From the NCBI RefSeq assembly GCF_006345805.1, contig NC_043008.1, positions 47,740,001 through 47,804,000 of the forward strand: a DNA stretch of 64,000 bases, given 5' to 3'. The position numbers were made by a program, and so were the translations under genes. How positions within the stretch are numbered: position 1 is the first letter of the stretch; each line of letters begins with the position of its first letter. The notes below the pieces were generated by a model. The model was given only the letters and a program-made list of their open reading frames with translations, made no database searches and was not told the DNA's origin. Below are positions 58,142-64,000 of the stretch, piece by piece. Source of the DNA: Octopus sinensis (taxonomy: Eukaryota).

Positions 58142-58700
58142 ATATATTATATATATATATTATATATATTATATATATATATCTGATATTATATATAGAT
58201 ATAGATATATAATATATATATATACATACTCATTGTGAATGTCGGTAGCAACATTGGTTCAGGATAAAATTGTATCTATGACACTTAACTCAAGTATATC
58301 GCAGACAACTTTGAAACAGAAGTAGTGTTCGTTTCCATAAAACATCTCACATTGGTGTATTGTGTTTAAAAAATAAAAACCCTGAAATTTACTTGTAACC
58401 TCCGCCATTAGGAAACTTTCCTCTGCTATTTATATATTTCTGTGTTTTAACAATATTCGTCTACACTGAAGGTTGTTTACAAGACAAATACTGCAGTTCT
58501 AAGACTTTCCTCTTATTTGAGTGAAGTATGATATACAGAACGCTATTCTCTATATTTATGTGCGTATGTACGTATATATATATGTATGTAGTCAAGTAGC
58601 TAGAGAGACATATAACTGTATATATCTATTGACCCACCTATCTACATATCTATCTATCTATATGGATACAACATACATATATATGTACATACATATATTC

Positions 58701-58746
<46 letters not shown>

Positions 58747-58770
58747 ATTATATATATATATATATATATT

Positions 58771-58985
58771 AAAGTTAATCCAAACATGAAAACACAAAGA
58801 GAAGACACAACAACAAGCGAAGACGTGGAACAAGTATAGTATTATTCGACGCTCAAGAAGGAAGGAAAGAAGGAGGGTCTAACCTTTCGAGCGGAGCTCT
58901 TCGTCGGAAACATAGGAGAAGGAAAGATCCAGAGAAGGGAAGACAGAGGGAAAAAAATCGCCAACGGTACGCACGCGGTCGCATA
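58771..58985 (-). mobile_element. PLE-type 3' end with variant hammerhead motif (58877-58911)
   Basis: Minus strand GUUU-CCGACGA-A-GAGC-UCC-GCUC-GAAA-GG-UU^AGAC. Stems I and II pair, U4 is C, and stem III is not palindromic. It ends in (TA)n. Confidence 0.55.
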
Positions 58986-59149
58986 TACATATATGCATAT
59001 GATCTTATGAAACGTGAATTGTGGAAAGGCGCGTTGCGATGCATTACAATATTGATAAATTCCATTCAAGGATTAATATTTTTGTTGTTTTTGTTGTTGG
59101 TGATGGTGGTGCTGAATGTTGTTGATATTGTAATTATTATCATTATTAT

Positions 59150-59188
<39 letters not shown>

Positions 59189-59315
59189 ATTTATGTATGT
59201 ATATATATTTGTGTGTGTATATGTATGTATATATGGTAATATATGTATATATACATGTGTATGTATATATAGTGTTATATATGTATATATATGTGTATAT
59301 ATATATTATATATAT

Positions 59316-59347
<32 letters not shown>

Positions 59348-59526
59348 ATAATAAATATTAGGGAATAAATCCAAATTTACACGGAAAAAAATCAGATTTA
59401 GGATTAAATCCAATTTTATAGTAAAAATATATAAAATATTATTAGAGACAAAACCACTATTTTTCAAAACAAACAAGGAAAGACTTAATCAATACATAAA
59501 ATTTTAATAAATAGTCAATAAAACCG

Positions 59527-59569
59527 CCACTACAATTGTTTCTTGTCTTGATCGACAATCTTCAGGTGG
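59527..59569 (-). ncRNA. Minimal type-I hammerhead ribozyme motif
   Basis: Exact reverse complement of 61904-61946. Confidence 0.8.
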
Positions 59570-61903
59570 ACTTCAATCTAAAATATCAATATTTTAAAAT
59601 ATAAAAATAATAATTTTAAAATAATTAAAGTATTAATGAAAAAATATGAATATATATCCATATATAACCTATATATAATCCATATATCATCAATATATAA
59701 CAATATTAAACTAAAATAAACCTTCAACAATTAAATATAAAAATAAAATATAAAAATAAAATATAAAACAACAAAAATAATAATAATAAATAATAAACTA
59801 TATATACACCCATACACATATAACTAATTATATATAACCATATCTAATTACATACACTAATCACACACCTATATATATATCCCTATACATACACATAAAA
59901 ACGTCTAGGCAACTATAAATAAATAAAATAGCTAAATACTTCACACAATACTTATTCATACTCCCACACACTTATATAGCAATCCCTTTAACCTATTACA
60001 TTCACACACAAATACACACACGTAAACCACACACCCATAACAATACAAACACCCACCCCACTCACACACACCCACAAGTACATATAAAACCTCATCATAT
60101 ACACCAAACAAAATTACTTTACCAAGGAACTTAACTAAGTATAAAAAGTATTACCGCTCTGGAACGAACATCTTTGAAAACAATGAATGGAGAAATGGAA
60201 TAAATGGAATTAAAATAATATTCACGTGGCAAAACGAACACCACTCAAAAATTATGAATGAAACAATGTAATAAAAACAAAACATCGAAAATAGACAAAT
60301 TACCACGAATTCCCTAAAATTACCACGAAATCTCTAAAAAAACCATGATAAACCAAAATAGAATAAATTTATTCTATTAAAATAGAATAAATTTATTCTA
60401 TTTCTCCATTCATAATTTTAAATGACGTTTACTTTCCATGGCGCGATTATTTTTTATACATAAGTTTTTTCTATGGTAACGTAATTTTGGTTTGATTTTT
60501 TAAAACGGCTTAGAATTTAATTTCACTTCATAATTTGAAACTGACTTTAAGTATGTATTTTATTTCTCCTTATGTCATATTGTTATTTTGATATTCTGGT
60601 TAATTACGATGTATTTAATGTTGTTTTTCATTGGAGTGTTTATGTATATGAGATTGTGTGTGAGTTTTTAGTTGTATAATTTATTATCTGTATGAGTTGT
60701 GGGTGTGTAAATATTGTTGTATATATCGAGTTTAGTGAGTATGTATATGCGTATATGTGAGGGAGTATATGTATCGTTGTGTGTGTGTGTCTTGCGTGTG
60801 TGTGTGTTTTGTGTGTGAATGTGTATATGGGTTTGTTATATAGGTTTGGGGATGTATGTGTTAATTTGTCTGTGTGGGGAGGGAGTGGGTTTTGGTGTAT
60901 GTGAGTTTATAAGTTAGTATAGGTATGTGTGAGTGAGGTGGGTATTTGTATAAGTCGTGGGTCTGTGGTTTACGTGTGTGTATTTGTGTGTGAATGTTTT
61001 AGGTTAAGGGGATTGCTATATAGGGTTGTTATAGAGAGTTTGCAAGGGAGCTTTTATCGTTATATGTTTTTAAGAGTTTGGTTTATCATGGTTTTTTTAG
61101 GGAATTCGTGTAATTTGTCTAGAGTTTGGTTTATCATGGTTTTTTTAGGGAATTCGTGGTAATTTGTATATTTTCGATGTTTGTTGTTTTATTACATTGT
61201 TTCATTCATAATTTTTGAGTGGTGTCGTTTGCCACGTGAATATTATTTTTAATTCATTTTATTCCATTTCTCCATTCATTGTTTTCAAAGATGTTCGTTT
61301 CCAGAGCGGTAATACTTTTTTATACTTATGTTAAGTTCCTTGGTAAAGTAAATTTGTTTGGTGTATATATGAGGTTTATATGTACTTGTGGGTGGTGTGT
61401 GAGTGGGGTGGGTGTTTGTATTTGTTATGGTGTGTGGTTTACGTGTGGTGATTTGTGTGTGAATGTATAGGTTAAAGGGATTGCTATAAAGTGTGTGTGT
61501 GGGAGTATGAATAAGTATTGTGTTGAAGTATTTAGCTATTTTATTTATTTATAGTTGCCTAGACGTTTTTATGTGTATGTATAGGGATATATATAGGTGT
61601 GTGATTTAGTGTATGTAATTAGATATGGTTATATATAATTAGTTATATGTGTATGGGTGTATATATAGTTTATTATTATATTATTATTATTTTTTGTTTT
61701 GTTTTATATTTTATATTTTATATTTTATATTTTATATTTAATTGTTGATAGTTTATTTTAGTTTATATATTGTTTATATATTGATTATATATGGATTATA
61801 TATAGGTTATATATGGATTATATATTCATATTTTTCATTAATACTTTAATTATTTTAAAATATTATTTTTATATTTTAAAATATTGATATTTTAGATTGA
61901 AGT

Positions 61904-61946
61904 CCACCTGAAGATTGTCGATCAAGACAAGAAACAATTGTAGTGG
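61904..61946 (+). ncRNA. Minimal type-I hammerhead ribozyme motif
   Basis: CCAC-CUGAAGA-UUGUC-GAUCAA-GACAA-GAAA-CAAUUG-UA^GUGG. Canonical core, 5-bp stem II, palindromic stem III ACAAUUGU, GUA cleavage triplet, 4-bp stem I. Confidence 0.8.
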
Positions 61947-62561
61947 CGGTTTTATTGACTATTTATTAAAATTTTATGTATTGATTAAGTCTTTCCTTGT
62001 TTGTTTTGCAAAATAGTGGTTTTGTCTCTAATAATATTTTATATATATATATATATATATTGGCCTGACTGCCGACCATCATCACCTCTTATATTCCTGT
62101 CTTTAGGCTTTCATTTCATACACGCCAGTACCAGTTGATTCGTTCACAGTCGAAAGACACCTGTTATTATTTTCTTGTTGTTTGTATTCGTAACTGAGTA
62201 CCATATTCACCATTTTTCGTCCTTTTCTCTACCATGTACTCCGTTGCCGTACACATTCGCTAGCTTTCTTAGAAAGGGGTCTAATGTTCTTAGCTTAGAC
62301 TTTTCAGAGTGTGGGGGCAACTAGATCGAATCGTCACAAGTGTAAATGCCCAGAAACTTAATCGAGGAAAGGCCACGAAAGACCCGTCTTTTTTTACCTG
62401 TCCTTCTAATTGTTTCTCTTGTCCACCTTGTATCGTCTATCGGTCCGAATGTTTTATTGTACTTTATTGCGATTGTGGTCCATTTATATACTGGTTGAAT
62501 ACCTTGAATACCTAACATTTGGGGGAAATTAATTTCCTTAAACTAATATATATATATATAT

Positions 62562-62622
<61 letters not shown>

Positions 62623-62640
62623 CATATGAAACCATATAGT

Positions 62641-63062
62641 ATATATTCATAAAAGAAGAACAAGAAGATGGAGATCGGGAAGTTAATAATAGTTTATCAT
62701 TAACAGCAAATCAATCATCATCCCTTACAGCTGTTTCAATTAATACTCAGTGAATCTCATTGAATATTAAATTCATAAGACCTGAGAGGGAAAGAAAATA
62801 TACCCCCGGATGTTTTGTATATGTTTATGGATTCATTATGTCCCGGTATAAGCAATCCATAAACACATATAAAATATCTAAGGGCATATTTTTTTCCTTC
62901 TGAAGATATTATGCTCAGGTCTTATGAATTTAATATTTAGTTAATATTTATTGAGTATTAACTGAAACAGTCGTAAGGGATGATCATTAGTTTGTTGTTA
63001 ATAATAAGCAATTATTTACTTCCCGATCTCCATTTACTTTTCTTCTTTTATATGAATATAAA
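62641..63062. mobile_element. ~420-bp fold-back element with hammerhead-bearing arms
   Basis: Arms of about 62641-62833 and 62854-63062 are imperfect reverse complements around a ~20-nt loop. It lies beside (TA)n. Confidence 0.8.
62895..62980 (+). ncRNA. Type-I hammerhead motif with extended stem II
   Basis: UCCUU-CUGAAGA-[57-nt insert with AUGCUCAG/UUGAGUAU stem]-GAAA-CAGUCG-UA^AGGGA. Stem I is 5 bp including one G-U pair. Confidence 0.6.
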
Positions 63063-63837
63063 TTATATATATATCGTGGTGAGTATGACGAGCCCATCTC
63101 ATCACAGAGCGGAGAAATTCAATATGGCTTCTAAACTTTAGGCATCTGTTGATCAACTCAGGTCACGTGGTGGTAGCGTTGTTAAAGAGAGGCCAGCTCT
63201 TTTCTTTGTTCTTAGATTCACATTCTCGTGCAGGATGATAGCAGGGAGCCGTTGCCACTGTGACAACCAGCCTCGATTTAGTGAATCATATAGGCCATAA
63301 TGTCACCTTGAGCGGAATTGGTTCTCTGTGTGTTTTCTTTTATAAGAACAGGGATACCTCAAAGCGTTGAAAGAAAGACAGTGGTAGAAGCACGCCACCT
63401 TGCTGTGCCAGTGTGGGAGGGGCTGCGGGGCGTTACTGAGTAAATGTCAATCAGGTTGTTAGAGCGATGGGTTGGGGATTTCATGCGTCCCCTTAGATGT
63501 GTTAAACTGTAGTCTAATGTCGCTCGTAACTATAGAATTGTTCGAAGCCGTTTCATAGGCCCATTAATGGTGGAAATACATTCACATTCCATACAAAGTA
63601 ACGGAGAAAAGGTATTTTCTGATGTGGAAACGTCAAACATTGCAGTTTATTTCCAAAGCTTACTAAGTGGCATGAGTAAATATTTGTCATTTTATTTATA
63701 TAAATCTATATACGTGTGTGTGTGTGTGTATGTAGGTAGGTGTAGACATATATCTGTAGCAGTATGCGTGTTTGGACGTATATACATATGCATATATATT
63801 ATATATATATATATATATTATATATATATATATATAT

Positions 63838-63905
<68 letters not shown>

Positions 63906-64000
63906 CATATATATATATGTACATATATATATAAATGTATTTATAATATGTACATGCCTAAATATATATTATATACACACACATATATATATATGTGTGT

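Larger units (their letters stand above)
59350..62046. mobile_element. ~2.7-kb PLE-like insertion with ~0.9-kb inverted arms (about 59426-60357 vs 61085-62046)
   Basis: The left A/C-rich arm is the reverse complement of the right T/G-rich arm. Both carry the same hammerhead near their outer ends, and (TA)n flanks both sides. Confidence 0.85.

Overview
AT-rich, microsatellite-saturated animal genomic DNA. The SINE families and repeat landscape look like an octopod cephalopod (inference from remembered repeat consensi, not a database search). There is no long intact ORF; nearly all ORF-track entries are microsatellite translations or chance. Recognisable content: (i) many tRNA-derived SINE copies, some with target-site duplications; (ii) decayed LINE fragments, mainly the R4/Dong-type RLE C-terminus, plus RTE; (iii) Penelope-like element (PLE) remnants, including a GIY-YIG fragment; (iv) a few weakly supported short candidate exons on the + strand at 39.4-57.7 kb. 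The most striking signal is RNA-level: minimal type-I hammerhead ribozyme (HHR) motifs from at least four unrelated repeat families. One is a ~349-bp tandem unit with a U3-A8 variant core that resembles a non-LTR retrozyme (13.6-14.25 kb). Others sit in fold-back elements whose arms carry outward-pointing HHRs (59.4-62.0 kb, 62.6-63.1 kb). Nearly all lie in (TA)n tracts. All folds were read by eye and ribozyme activity is untested.
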